DNA of 49,659 bases, filler included, from Bipalium vagum (GCA_037834085.1; 3 parts of 3 records of this genome joined end to end with filler, not necessarily neighbours in it), one strand, 5' to 3'. Positions 11,828 to 26,199 are shown, counted from the whole stretch's first letter. Numbers and translations: made by a program. Notes: generated by a model from the sequence alone, not told the origin.

Positions 11828-14139
11828 TAATTAATGAAAATAATTAAAGAAAGAAATCAAAATTCAAAATAAATAAAAGTGCAGGAGGGAAATAATTTTT
11901 TTTATTTAATTATTATTAAAATATTATATAATTTATAAATATTATTATCATGAATTAAAACAAAAGGTGTTTTTAATCAACGATCAAGAAGCCCCAGTTT
12001 ATGTAGTCAAACCTGTCATTATTGAAACGGGTATGTTCATGTGAGGTAACAAATCTTTGTATTTGCCGTAAATTCTGTACTTATTCGAGACAACCTTGAC
12101 ATAATTTAGAGCTTGTTGGATAACTTAACGATATGTTCTTATTTAAATTTATAAAATAACTTAGTTTTAATACTTATGATTTTTATTTTTAATTTTTTAA
12201 TAAATATTCAAAATAATAAATGAAATGTAATAGCTATGGTACCTGGTGGGCCATAAGTCACTTTATTTATAAATTGAATAAAGTTTCACTAACAAATTGA
12301 ATTCTTTTAAAGATTTATAAACGTTAATTATTGGAATTTTAATTCGGAAAAATATACGATAAAGCAATGGATAATAATTAGCGAATCTATTACCAAAGCA
12401 GGTGTTCCATTATTTTAACACAAAGAGAATGGTTAACCAGCAATATCTTGATTTATTCTCAATGACTTTGATTGAGAACAAATTAGCTAGGCAGTTAGGA
12501 CCTAATGGGAAAAGTCTTACAGGAATTTTTTGAAAGTGTGATGACATAAAGAAGTTCATATTTTTCAGAGAAAACATGTAACAAAACGACAATTCTGATA
12601 CAAGACTTGAAGTATAAAAGGATATTCGAATATCAGCTGGAAATGTCGGGAAAAGATATATTATTTCTACACAAATGGATCAGATAAACATCCAAGAAAT
12701 AATTGTGATAAGATCAGATGTTTCAGTTGTGAAAGAGAACCAGGGGTAGCGCCTAAAGGATTGTTAGATCTAGATATAGAAACTGGCACAATGGACAACA
12801 AAGATAAAACAACAGGGGTACTAACAAGAAAAAAAAACACATTTTGATGAAATTAACAAATAATATTTTTATTATTCTTTTTATAAATATTTCCGTTATA
12901 AATAAGCTCCAATAATAAGGACATTTATAAAATAAAAGATAAATTACACTACTCTACAAATTTAAACCTTCTTTTTGTATCGGAGACGGCATTATGATAA
13001 TATAGTGTATTTTTTGCAGCTGATTACGAAAATGAAGTCCTTTTTCCTGTATGACATCTGGCTCAGGCACAAATACATTTTAAAGAATAAAAAGAAAAAT
13101 TTGGACAAAAAATTATTTTATTTACAATTAAACGTTTCTCTATGAGTTTTTCTACTATGAATAATTGTAGCTATTGTTACGCTTTAGGGGTCAGTAGTAG
13201 TCAATAATTATTAACATTGAAATATTTGATTTAAAACAACAAATTAAAAAAAGAATATTTTTAGAGTCAGTTTGTTAATATAAATAAAAAAACGGTCAGT
13301 GGTCACAAATCCTTTTCGAAACGACAAAGAAGTTCAATTCCATTCCTAAGCACCATATAAACATATACGAATATTATATGAAGTATAGTTGCTATAAAGT
13401 CATATTGTCAGTGATCCCACAAATACTTCATAAAATATAATGACCAGCAAAATTTCTCAAATAATTTTTACGTCTGATATTAATTTTGGAAAATCTAACA
13501 GTCGAGCGCGTCTCAAGTCATTACCGTTTCATTAAGTCTGCCTTTAATAGTTTTTGCTCATATTTTCATATAACTATATTTAAGGTATCCTATTTCGGAA
13601 GATTTATGATTATCTCGTCTGCTTAATTGAACCCCATTATCTCAGCGTTGATGAATTTCGAGATATATAAATTATGTATTAAAAAATTTTACTTTCTCTC
13701 TGACACCAATGATCTGTGTTTTTAGAAAAATTAATATTGTACAAATGGAAAAATTAAAACAATCGGTTGATTGAATAAAACGATAATGGAAATAAATAAT
13801 AATAAGTTCATTAAAACAAATTCTGTTTAAAATATTTTTAAAAAAATAAAATAAGACGTGCATTAACAATCTTTTAATATGATTCTGATTTAGAAAACTC
13901 TGGAGAATTGATTCAGGAAGTCGACACAGGGATAAATAAAACAACACGATTTTAATTTTTTCTAAGAATATTAACATGAGATCATTAATATTTCATTATC
14001 ATTCAACTAATTTAATTTTATAGATAGTCTACGCATAAATGTGTATATATGCTAAGACTATATAAATATAAATATAAATAAATAATATAATAATAAATAA
14101 ATAATATAATATATATAATAATAAATAAATAACATATAT

Positions 14140-14935
14140 ATGTGGGTCAGAATAAATGAAATTTTAAAAACATGGAATAATAAACGAATAAATTTAAAAG
14201 CCCTTAAGTAAAATATATAACGATGAACGACATGAGTATATATTTATTAAAGTTAATAAATTAATCAACTAAAATATTTCCTTCATTACGTTGTACTCTA
14301 AAACATATCTTGTAGTACATGAGTCCAAAATGCACTTTACAACATCTTGTCTAATTTTCTTGCATCTTTTCAACATTTCTTCTTTAAGCGTGTTTTTGTT
14401 TACAGTTTTTCTCCAATCTATATTCCGACACAGTTCGGTTCAAATTGAATAATCTAACGGGTTTAAATCAGGACTATTTGGAGGCCATTTGTCAGAAGGA
14501 ATAAACAAACTAAAATGGGTTTTACACCATTCTTGTGTACGTTTTACTGCATGAACAGTACAGCCATCTTGTTGAGACATCCAATTATCTCCCATCAATG
14601 TTTTACCTTCTTTGACTGCTACTAATAATATATTATCAATATAGGTATTACAATTTACCTTTACATTTAGGAATACAACTTTTGTGGTTCCATTATAACA
14701 TGTAACCATCCATATCATTAAACTGGAAGGAAATTTAAGTTTCTGATGAATGTTCTGTACATCAGCCCCTGATATAGTTAAAGCCCATATTCTTGTGTTT
14801 TGTGAATTGTAAACGCCATTGATAGTAAACTTTTTTTCATCACAGAATAGAATTTTCTGACAATCATTCTTACAAATACTTTTCCGCATTAAATTAACAA
14901 AACTAATTCTTTTCTTTTAATACTGGAATGTAAGA
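14140..14935 (-). mobile_element. DD37D (maT/mori-type) transposon fragment
   Basis: ORF 14440-14889: ILFCDEKKF...QQDG-(37 aa)-WPPNSPDLNPLDYSI; I counted 37 residues between the 2nd and 3rd Asp. Boundaries approximate. Confidence 0.85.
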
Positions 14936-15324
14936 AAAGGTATTAATCATTGGTAATACCTTCTCATTGATATATTTTTGCAAATATTTGGTTGTTCAAT
15001 ATAAAATTTCGTTTTTTTAATCTTAGGTTTAATCAATAATAAATCATCTTAAACGAACTTTTATTAAGAAAACTAATCACCATTAGAATCAGTATATTTT
15101 GTGAAATAAATTTATCTATGTAAGTAACATAAAACTTAGGAATTCTGAAATCGATGACTTGTTGAACAAAAATTTCAAAAGCCTCATGTTTGATGAAATT
15201 TTTCCATTGGAAGAAAAGCGTCCAGATGTTTTAAAAAATGAAAGTCAGTTGATGAGAGATCTGGTGAATAATATGGTAGATAAAATAAAACTTCGTAACC
15301 AAACTCCTGCAAAGTCAACCATGA

Positions 15325-15900
15325 AACATGCGGTTGTCGTGAAGTGAAATCAAGCCAATTCGATTCACTACATCCGGATGTTTATCATACAAATTTTTGA
15401 GCATTTACTCGATTTTAATGCAGTAATTTTTGGCGTTAGTGGTTTCACCACATTTCAAAAAGTTACAATGCATGACTACCAAATAACCACCATTCTCTGA
15501 TTTGGATGCAAACATGGTTTCGGATCTTCATCTAGATCAGGCCTGTTAGTTGAAAATTATTCGGAGATACCGGATTCAAACCTGGGACTCTTCACGCATG
15601 GACTGCTCTGACCGCTGAGCTACATCTACCGACTAACTTTCAATATATCTCACAAGGTCATTGCGTTGATCCTTAACGGTTATTCTAAGAATATCCATTT
15701 TTAGTCACGCGTGAGTATTCGATCAAGAAATGGTTCATTTTGATTGCATAAGAGTAGGGACTAAGATTAAACCACAGTATTTTTGATTATTATTCAGTTC
15801 GTAAGGAATCCATTTATCGAGCTTTTTCATCTTTCCAATGGTTTTCAAATGATTCGAAACACTAAAAGATTAGTGGCAAACTCTCTCGAACTGTCGAACA
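15325..15900 (-). mobile_element. Mariner relic (cecropia-like) interrupted by a tRNA-derived insert
   Basis: Minus-strand remnants NQNEPFLDRILTRD*KWI and KHPDVVNRIGLISLHDN. Boundaries approximate. Confidence 0.75.
15562..15629 (-). pseudogene. tRNA-Ala-derived pseudogene or SINE head
   Basis: Minus strand GTAGATGTAGCTCAGCGGTCAGAGCAGTCCATGCGTGAAGAGTCCCAGGTTTGAATCCGGTATCTCCG: A-box TAGCTCAGCGG, B-box-like GGTTTGAATCC, acceptor stem resembling tRNA-Ala GGGGATG/CATCTCC; anticodon arm damaged. Confidence 0.65.
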
Positions 15901-17233
15901 TGGATTTTTTTCCATTAATTCTTTTAAATAATGGTCATTTTATGTACAATCTTATCTTTAATTCTCTCATGAATACAATATAATATCATTTTTCATTTCT
16001 TTCATTATGAAGGTTATTCGTTTCTAAATTTATACTAAAAGATTTTCATATTGATATATTAAAACAAATCTTTTTTCTAATTTTAATCATCTTTTTGTGA
16101 AAAATAAATGTTTCAACAAAATTTCACACATACGAATTGAAATAATAATTAACAACTAATAATAAAAATAATAAATAAAAAATTTTTTCTTTTAAATTTA
16201 TTAAAAGTATTCTTTATTCCTTAATTAATTATTTAAATATGAAAATATTATTATATATCTATATTTGGCATCAAGTAGAAAATTGTTATGATTTAAAAAA
16301 TGTTTATTTTTCCAAAATTCACAAGTCTTCACGAGTCTGATACTTAAAAATAGGCTGACTGTCGACGTAAATACAGACAAGAATAACAAGTTCGGTTGCA
16401 GTTTTCTACGAAAAAGACCTAAGTCTTCCTTTCACGCAAATAATCTCACTTACCTTATTATTATAATGATTTTAATGATAATAGAAAATAAAAATTTAAA
16501 AAAATTAATATTTTTTAACAAATATCTCATAAAAACACATTTTATTAATCTTGTGAACATAATCAATTTTGTTTCAATTAAACAATTTTTATCAATCGAC
16601 ATCAACATTTGTTATTATGAAACATGCTTCGAAATTTTTATCAGTTATTCTTCAGTCATTGATATTTGATATAATACGTTTTAATCAATTAAATGATATA
16701 TTTGTATTAATATCAAATATCCTTAACAATTTTTTTTATTAATTTCTTAATTGCATATTGACCAATCTCTAATTACAGAAAACGTATTTACTTTGAAATC
16801 CTTTCAGATTTCTCTCTCTTACCGGTGGAGGCTTACGGCAAATATTATCTATCTCTTAACCTCTTTTACCCCGAAGTGTATGGTTTCAACGATTTAGGAT
16901 TTAAGAATTCTAGTGAAAGGCAAAATACGTTCAAGACAAAGGAAAATGTTGAATATTACTACCAATATTAGAGGGCTTATTTTCAATGCCAGTCGGTGTG
17001 ATCAATAATAATGGTCATATTTATTCTTTTTGAAAAGTAAAAGTACAAAAGGTAAGATATACACAGATTTGAAAAGATTATCTGTAGAAAGGGACTTGAA
17101 ATTGATATTAGATAATAGGTGAAGTCGAAAAAATAATTATTTAAAGAAAATATATTAGTAATATTTATTAAGATTCCTTATGATATTTCATAATTTTTTA
17201 TTGATTTTTAAATTAAACACGAAACCGGAATGC

Positions 17234-17265
<32 letters not shown>

Positions 17266-17337
17266 TGTAAGGATTAAATTTTAATTAATATTAAATAATA
17301 AATAATAAATATTTTTAAAATAATTTTTAAAGTAATA

Positions 17338-17437
17338 NNNNNNNNNNNNNNNNNNNNNNNNNNNNNNNNNNNNNNNNNNNNTTAATTAATTAANNNNNNN
17401 NNNNNNNNNNNNNNNNNNNNNNNNNNNNNNNNNNNNN
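17338..17437. other. Assembly gap with artificial six-frame-stop linker (N44-TTAATTAATTAA-N44)
   Basis: Identical 100-bp structure at both gaps. Confidence 0.97.
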
Positions 17438-17509
17438 TTAATTAGACTTGAAATATTTTGATTATTAGATTCAATGCAAAAATACGAAAAGACTTTTTAC
17501 TCAACCCAA
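17438..17509 (+). mobile_element. Mariner terminal end abutting the gap
   Basis: ...aaaatacgaaaagactttttactcaacccaata is the reverse complement of a TA-TTGGGTTG... mariner TIR. Confidence 0.55.
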
Positions 17510-18260
17510 TAGTTTTCTTATACCATTACTTAACCAAAAAAACAAAAAAAGAAAATTAAAAAATTTTTTTTCTCTTTCAGTCTTTTGCTACCACTAGGTA
17601 ACCAAAAACCCAAACTCGTTAAAGAAGATTATTTTTTATACTTCTGAAAGAAGAATTGAAAGATATTTCACCTGTACGAATATTATATGAAGAAAAATAT
17701 ATCAACTGGAGTTCACCATATGTTCATAGTACAGATATATAAATAATTTCTAAGCGAAATTTCAATCCAACTGCAAGAAAATAAATAGCCTCCTTAAAAG
17801 AAAAAAAATAATGTGATGATTTATATTTATTAAAAATAAAAATGAATATTAACTGAAATTTCAAAAAAATCAAATTCATTTTGATATATGAGGAAAATCT
17901 TTTATCTTATAATTGGCAAATTCATAAATTCGATGCAGCTACCACGCATATCTCGGAAAATTAATTTAAAATTATTTAGTTGTAAATTATAAATAAAATT
18001 ATTTTTTATTTGAAAGCACACATAAATTTTAATGTTAAATTAATGATTAATAAAGTAATTATATTATTTAAAAAGTAATTGAAAATGAATTTCGATTTCA
18101 GAACATAAAAATCAATTAATATATTTTTTCGTTGATACTTTCTACTTTTAATTTATTTATTAATAATAATATTATATTTTCTATGTTTTTATAAATAATA
18201 TTTTCCAAAATTTAAAATTTGAATGAAAACAATGTTTTTTACCATATTGAAAAGAACATA

Positions 18261-19330
18261 TTATAGGTCCGCCAAAAAATGCATTTGGTGAAGATAATAA
18301 ATGTACTATATTTCAGAAGTGATTTATTAATTAAATTTACAAAATAAAATTTTATCAATAGTTTCTTTGAAGTTCAATGATTTGTCTCAACTCATTCCGA
18401 AATTGTTTGAAGTCTTTATTAAAATCCTCTTCATAGAATTGAGAAATGTAGTCCTCTACACTTTGTATTATGTATTCTCTGTTCTTGAAGTTGATATGTC
18501 GTCTAAACATTTCAAAATTTCAAAACACTTAGGGTCCTGCAAATTTATATCAGTAGAATAACTGGGCTGTTTCAGACAGGTTAGAACCGTGTCTGTAAGG
18601 AAATAGTTTACCATAGCAGCAGTGTTCGGATGAACATTATTGTATAAAAGAACTAAATTTCTGGTGGTAAAGGTAAGTGTAGATTTTTGAAGGTGCAATC
18701 AAAGATTTCAGGAACTGAATGACTATGTTGCATTAACAATTTTTCCTTCATGCAAAGTTCATAATATGAAGATAGATTGTTGACACGATCCGTAAAGTTT
18801 CCCTTTTGCTAAAGTCTTCCTGGCAAGTTTAGGTATTTATGAATATCATTTTCCCAAAATTGCTGATTAGTATAGATGGTGCACAGTCATGTTATATCCA
18901 CTTTTCATTGATTATGATTCTTTCGGTTATGTGACTTTGGCAGTAATTCAAAATAATCTGTGTACCTTCGATTTTGTTTAATTTTTGTTAGTGCGTCAGA
19001 ACATAAAGTATCATCGGCCAAGTAAGAACTTCTTTTTTAACTTATCAGTTAATATTCTTTGAACAGAAAGATTTTAAATTCCGGTACCTAGTTCGAGGTT
19101 TTTACAACTTGAAATATTATTATCATTGACCAAAGCTCGTATTTTTTCAAAGTTTTATCACCTCATGCACTTTTAAGCCTTGCTGAAACTAGCAATTTAC
19201 TTGTTGAATTATAGGTTTCTTCTCATTATTTTAAACAATAGTCTAAAATCGAAACAGACCAATATCTCTTCATGGGAATTTACCAAGAAAACATAAATGT
19301 CTTTTACTCCATAATCTAAGATCTAAAGCG
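18261..19330 (-). mobile_element. Highly degenerate mariner relic
   Basis: ORF 18468-18698 LVLLYNNVHPNTAA...LKQPSYSTDI resembles LLHDNAxPH...QPPYSPDL; boundaries approximate. Confidence 0.6.
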
Positions 19331-20769
19331 CTAATTAAAATAAAAATCATTCATTACCATTGTTTGAATGAAAAGGTCATTTTTCTGATCATGCTAAGTC
19401 CATTTAAATACCCAATTCAATTTACAATATTATTTATTCATTAAAACAAAGCCAATATTATTAACTTTATCAAAGAAAAAATTTTATTCTGACAATTATT
19501 TAATTGATTTTTAAAATTTTATAATATTAAAAGTATTTGTTTAATTCTGCACTAACAAAAGAACAATAAGCAACATCGTTTTAGCACTTTATTGAGGTAT
19601 AAGTATATTTGATGAAATTAAATAACATATGTCACAGGATCCAAATAAATTATATAAAATAATATCTTTACGTTTCAGTTGATTAAATTCTGTGTTAATT
19701 AATCCATAACGATTTGGTATCATATTCGTTGAGCTCATTATAATTTCTGATTAAATAATTAAGGTAAAAGTGAATGTTTTTGATTAATGTTTAAATATTA
19801 AATTTCAAAATTTCCACATTTTATGTTAAGAGTACATTAAACATTTTGTTTATATCAATAACAGGTTTTACAAAAAAATCTATTAAAAAATCATTTTTAT
19901 TGAAGATAAAATTCAATGTCTTTTTTGACATTCATCTCTGAAGTTTACATTTTTCGAATCATAAAATTTTATTTTTATCATTTTTCTTTAAGAAATAAAA
20001 ACCTAACGGCCTTTTGATATTCACCAGAAAATATTTTAACCAAAAAAATTGAAATTATCATAATCATATCAAGATTATTTAGTTCACATTTTCATCAAAA
20101 TAAATTTATCGAAATTTGAGAAATTTCAAAATATCGATGTATGTACGAGATCTATCTAAAGGGATTATTTATTTTTAAGCACCAGTTGTTTAAAAAATCA
20201 TGTTTAGAAAGCGCGTAAAATAAATCGATTACAAATACATTTTAGATATAATATATAGGTGTTTTACTAAATACAAAAGTAAGATACCTCGTTAATTTTT
20301 TACCTCTTATGAAGTTTAAAAGATATGATTTTATAAAATATCATTTTCAACAATAAAACAAAATCTGGAAAGAAAGATTAGATACTCATATTTGCTTAAT
20401 GTTGCAAATTTACAATTAAGTTGGTAAGCAAATAATTGCGCTTTTTATACAGAGGGCCTAAGGATACTATACGTTAAGGGTTGAATTTAGGGTTATACTT
20501 ATTTAGATAAATGTATAACTATTGTTATCTTTATGAAATTTATATCTATGGATGTTAATTAATGTAAAATATATACACTAATCTAGAACCAAACATTAAT
20601 AATCTAAATCCATAGATATTTTTTATGTATTAATACATTACAGCAGCAAATAAATTGGCCATGTCACGAAAAATGATATTAAATAAAAGAAAATTCTTAC
20701 TGGAAAAGATAATGCACAAACAGTGATCAACATGCCAAATGCAATAATTCAAACTCCTCCTGGCATTCG

Positions 20770-21230
20770 CTTGACAGTTTACCAAATACCTGATTTTGGA
20801 GGGACAGTAATCGATGCTATTTACCTAAAAGCTTTGAGAGATACGATTATACCGCACTTGCATTTACATGATAACTTTCAAATACTTTATTTTCAACCTG
20901 ATGCTCCTCCGCACTTTTCACTATCTGTTAGAAATTATGTAAATGATTCCTTAAAAAAGATAGATTGGGTGTCATGGCCCATAGCTTTTTTCCTCATACT
21001 CCATTTTTGACTCTAATGGACTCACTGGCTTTTCATCAAGTTTGACCTTAGAAGTAGACGATCAACAACTCTGATGAAAATTGGATTGTCCATGACAACC
21101 GCATATAACAGTCGAAGAAACTCAACACCAGTTTGAAAACCCGAGATTGTAACAAAAAAGTGCTATAGTGTCGGTCCACAGTTTGTTCTGATTGTCTACA
21201 GTTTCTTAAATTAAACAGAAACTATGACAC
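20770..21230 (+). mobile_element. Tc3-like transposase fragment followed by a mariner fragment
   Basis: FGGTVIDAIYLKAL...YFQPDAPPHFSLSVRNYVN...WP, then SDENWIVHDNR. Confidence 0.6.
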
Positions 21231-24200
21231 CAGAAAGAAAATGCTGAAGGCTACGATTATCATTTTTTATCATCTTTTCCACAAAAACAGTGCTGTTCCT
21301 TGAGTTTATCAATGTCCTTTGTGTGTTAAAAAACGAATTATTTTCTTACCAATCGGATACTTGAGTGATTTTTGCAAAAATATTTTCATTAAAATTTTTC
21401 AAAATTTAATTCATAGTATTTTTTCTTGATCATTCTTTAATACAAATTATTAATTATCTAATTATTTTACTTGTATTAATATCTCACTATTTTTAATATA
21501 TCTCAAAAATTTTCTATCAGCTTCTTCAATATGATAAAAGCATTATTCTTCAATATATTTCCGTGCATTACGCTCCATATATACGTATATTTATCAGATT
21601 TTATAAATATTAATTTTATCGTAATATTAATTTTATGAATAAATTGAAATTATTATTAAAATACTGACTTCTTCAATAATTAATACCAACTTTCCTATTT
21701 TCTTTGATTAATATTCAATAATAAATTATTAAAATTTATATTAATTTAATTAATTAATTTTTTATGATTAAATCAGTTATTAAAAATATTTTTGATTTTA
21801 AAAAGAAATTTTATTACCTTTTTAATGCTATGAAATAAAAGCAATCAAAATAAAGGTTTAAATTAATAATCCTGAGAAATAAATTTCTGAAATTAGAAAT
21901 TTTAATTAATTTTTTTTAATTGTAAATAATAAAATATTCAATTCTTCTTGGGAATAAAAAATCTTTTGAGATTATTATTGAAAAAGAAAATGGAATGATT
22001 TATTCTTTCAATTTCGACCACAAGGAAGTTGACAAAAATATTAATTGAAAATATGAGTAAAATTTTTATGTTGCGTTTAATGAAAATGCAAAGAAATATA
22101 TTTAAATTATTATCCTCCATGGAATTAATTTGGCTCGAAAATTCAATCTAGTTTTGATTAAAATTTTATCTTTTATAAAAATTAACGATACTTAAAATAT
22201 AATATCAATGGAAGAAATATAATATAAATAATTATCATATTGAAATATTATCTTTATTCTTTTTTCGGAATTATTTTATCTAATAGATTAAATGGATGAT
22301 GATTTATTGGTCAATTATTATTTAAAATATATATAATTTAATTAATTAAAAGACACGAAATATTTTTAGTCCGATTTTCATAATACTGACTTTCATAGTT
22401 GCAATATAAATATTTGAACTAGTTACTTTTGCAGATATTATTTGGAAATTATAAACATTTTAATTATATCAATTTCAGTAAAACAAATTTTAATTATTAC
22501 TACAATTATATAAAAATATTTAATATCAATGAAATGAAAAAAAATAAAAATCAACGTTTTTTTTGTTTGAAATTTTATAAAATTATTTAATTTTAATTTT
22601 TTTCGTTCTCAGTTTTTTTAATTGATATTTAATAAGTTATCAGCTCAAGATTTATATTTAATAAGAAAATGATAATTATTTCAAAGCCAATTTTCTCAAG
22701 TCAGAAACACAGATTTAAAAAATGTTTTTGTCAAGTTGCCAAATTAAGTTGATTTTTCTATTAATAAGTTTTATAATTTATTTTTTAATTATTTTAATGC
22801 ATTTTACTGGAAAATAATATTTTTTATTTTTATATTATATTATTATTATTTATTTATTTTAATCTATTATATTAATTATTTCTATAAACTTAAGCAATAT
22901 AGAATTTTGAGAATTAAAATAAATTTAATTAATAAAAACCATTTTTATCAAAACATTTCAAAATAATTATAGCAATTAAATGAGATTTAAATATATTATT
23001 AATATTTTATTTTATTTTATTTGTTCTAGCATCATATTCCGAAATATCGAGTGCAGATTTTATAAGTATAAGATTTATCATATTATAACTTGTGTCTTTC
23101 ATTTAATTCTAAAATATTGATTTTAATTAAAATAATAAAATAATAGAAATTCACTTTTTAAAAATGATATTAAACTATAAAAAATCAATAAATGTTTTTG
23201 AAATTATTTCAGGCAAGATATACATAAGCCAAAATTGAAATTCTTGTCAATAAATCTTTTAATAACAAATATTTGCTAAAATATTTTATGATAAAATATA
23301 TTATATATTTCAGTGAAAGCATGGGGTATTTCTGAACTATTTGTCATATTATTGATAAACTGTGTATATAGTATAAGGTCGTTAGGTTTTACATTGTTCG
23401 AGGCAGTCAGATGAAAACTTCAATAAGATATAATTATTCAATCTTTCATATCTATCCAACAATTATCTAAGATCGAATCACGAAGGCAGTGATAATACAA
23501 AAAGGGAGATGTAGGCGATTCTCGAAAAACAATTAAAATGTGTTTTGCTTGTTTTCATAAAATAATTGTCCTTGAAAACATTAGACAAGTTTCATCTTTG
23601 GAAATTCCAAAGTAGGATAAATTTGTCCATTTCAATTTACAAAATATAATATTAATTATAAGAAGATAATTTCAATTACAATTGTTCTTTATTTCCGTTC
23701 CATTTTCCTTTTTCGAGGTAAGATATACTCTTTATCATTAACAATATATACTTTTTATCTGGAGATATCATATTCCCAACGCCAAACATAAGAGAACTTA
23801 TATATTTTTCAACTTGTTAGGTTTCCTAACTAACAATTTTTATTTCAGAATCATTTAAAATATTATATTTTTATTTTATACATTATATATTTTATTACTA
23901 TTATTATTTTATATATTATCTATTATATTATTTTTTTATTAATATTATTTTATTTAAAATAATATGTGAAATATCTTTAATTATCGATAGTAAAATGTTA
24001 ATACTGTAAGGAGCTTGGGTTACACATTATTGAAGGATATGTTAAATAAAACAATTAAGTAGAATTCTTCTAATTAGATTCATATTTTAGTTTATCATAA
24101 CATTATCATTTTGTGAAACTTCTCAATTACAATTTTTATCCATCTTAATTAGTTTTGAACAATCAGTTATTCTGTTCTTACATCGTTTAATATCGTTCTG

Positions 24201-24249
24201 TTCAATATTGCTCTTATTCCTGATGTTCACTTCTCATTAATATTATACT

Positions 24250-24510
24250 ATTATTAGACCTAGTAATAAATAATCTAAATATTTAACTAAATTCAAAATT
24301 TATTTAAAAAAGAAAATTTTCAGTCAAAGTATTCACAATTTTTATTGATCACTTTAAGCCCTCTTACAGGCAGTTGATGAATTCTGTCTTGAAAAAATTA
24401 AAATAAAATCGTCAAACCATTTTCGAATTTCATTCAATAGTTTAAAGTTTGTATCAGACAAGGTATTCTGCATTGACCCGAATAAATGAAAATCGCACAG
24501 GATGTGTTCT
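24250..24510 (-). mobile_element. Mariner 3' fragment
   Basis: CDFHLFGSMQNTLSDTNFKLLNEIRKWFDDF resembles the mariner SDYHLFxSMxxxL...KWLDEW region. Confidence 0.65.
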
Positions 24511-26199
24511 ATCATTGAGACTATAATGACCTTCTTTGAAGCATTTGATTCTAAAAGCGCAGACATTATAAGTGCCAGAATCAGAGCAAATTGATTCAAT
24601 GTTCTTGTTACAGTTTTACATTGTCAAATATAATGCCGAATGTGCATCTTATCTGTTTATTTGTTAGACATTGCGGGAAAGAAATTTTTTGAAGATTTTT
24701 CTATATTACTTTCAAAACTATTGACCATTTATATATTTGATCTGAAAATCAATTTAAATTGATTTGTGAAAACAGTTTCAATACTTACACAATATAATAA
24801 AAATTTAGATTATTTATTACTATTACTTATAGCAATAAATAATATTTTTTAAAGTTATGCATTAATAATAAGAAAATATATTTACAAACCAGATCATATA
24901 ATAAGACAAAATTGATTTAAAAAAAACATCTTTCCCAAGAAGATATTAATAATATAAATGATAAATGAAAATATTTTATTATATAACATAAATAAGTTCC
25001 AGTAATAATATCGAATTAAAAAAATGAAAATCTGGTGATATTGTCCAATATTATAAAATATAATATTTCTTTTATTTTTTTTAACTATCAGCACCTTATG
25101 ATCTACGTTTTTGTCTTCCGAAGAAATTATCTTTGTCTTATAAAATTACAAAAGGTTCCCCGGTGAATATATCAAGGAAACCGTTTTTGAATATGAAATT
25201 AATTCAGCATCCTAAGGAAATCGTTATTTAATCATAAAAAGATGATAAATAAATTTATTCAAAGAAACATCTTCATTAAAATATGTAATAAAATACTTTT
25301 GTTTAGTTTCTAATTACTGCAACTTCATCTCCCGAAGAGCTCATTACGACGTAACATATACGAACGATGTAATGCCGAGAGAATATTCAATTAAATTCCA
25401 TACAAAACTGTAATTGCAAATGCGGATTAATATTAAAGGCGAAGGTTCGCATAGGCCTTTTCCGTTGCAATTAATATATCAATTTGGAATTTCGAAAACG
25501 GTTAATTTAACAATGAATAATTAACTCAAAGAAAAATAAATTTTTAGAATTTAATTAAATTTTGTGGAATTTTTGTAACTAAATTATTATTTTGTTGAAA
25601 ACGAGAGAGCTTTATCATACTCCTGGTATTTGCTCTGGTTTCAGTAGTACGGACTAATTGAGTAAAAGAAATTTATATTATTTTATCAATATATATTAAA
25701 AAAAATCTCAATTACAAATTTCCACCCACTTCCTAAATAAATATTTTATTCAATTTCTCCTAATACAAATATCAGTGGGAAAAATAAAATCTTCTGAGAA
25801 AAATTGACAATTTTCCCTGAATGAAAATTTTTCGTTTCAATGCTTTTGAAAATGCTACGATTTTTTTGTTATAATAATGAAGTAACGCTAAATAATTGTG
25901 GTTGACAAAATATAATGTCAATTCATAAATCATACAATTGAGTACGTTTATTCTTTAAATAATTTGTCTATCGATATCGTTCTGTTTCGAGTTGCTTAGT
26001 TTTATCTTATCTCTCTAGTACTGTTTTTTTCTTAGACGTTGGTCGTATCACTAATATATTTGTTTAATTACGTTTTAAGACCATCTTCCGGCAACAAATA
26101 TTTTGTTTGTCTGAAATATTTCAGTAATACTGTTTAAAAATATCAATTGGTAAATATTGAATATTATAAAAATTTGAAGCAATTTATTTTGATATATCT

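Noticed and set aside
13672-13977. Ile/Phe/Lys/Asn-rich ORFs here and at 21938, 24894, 30126, 42974 and 47259
   Set aside because: Composition simply mirrors AT-rich non-coding DNA; no motifs.
13977-13997. bantam-like TGAGATCATT
   Set aside because: Only the first 10 nt match, and no precursor hairpin is evident.
14925-14943. miR-1-like TGGAATGTAA
   Set aside because: Lies in transposase-derived sequence, and the seed would sit in the loop of the only plausible hairpin.
17382-17393. TTAATTAATTAA island between N runs (also 33408-33419)
   Set aside because: Artificial six-frame stop linker, not biology.
25310-25500. Weak Helitron-helicase-like remnant (AFAITV) on the minus strand
   Set aside because: Too short and fragmented to support.
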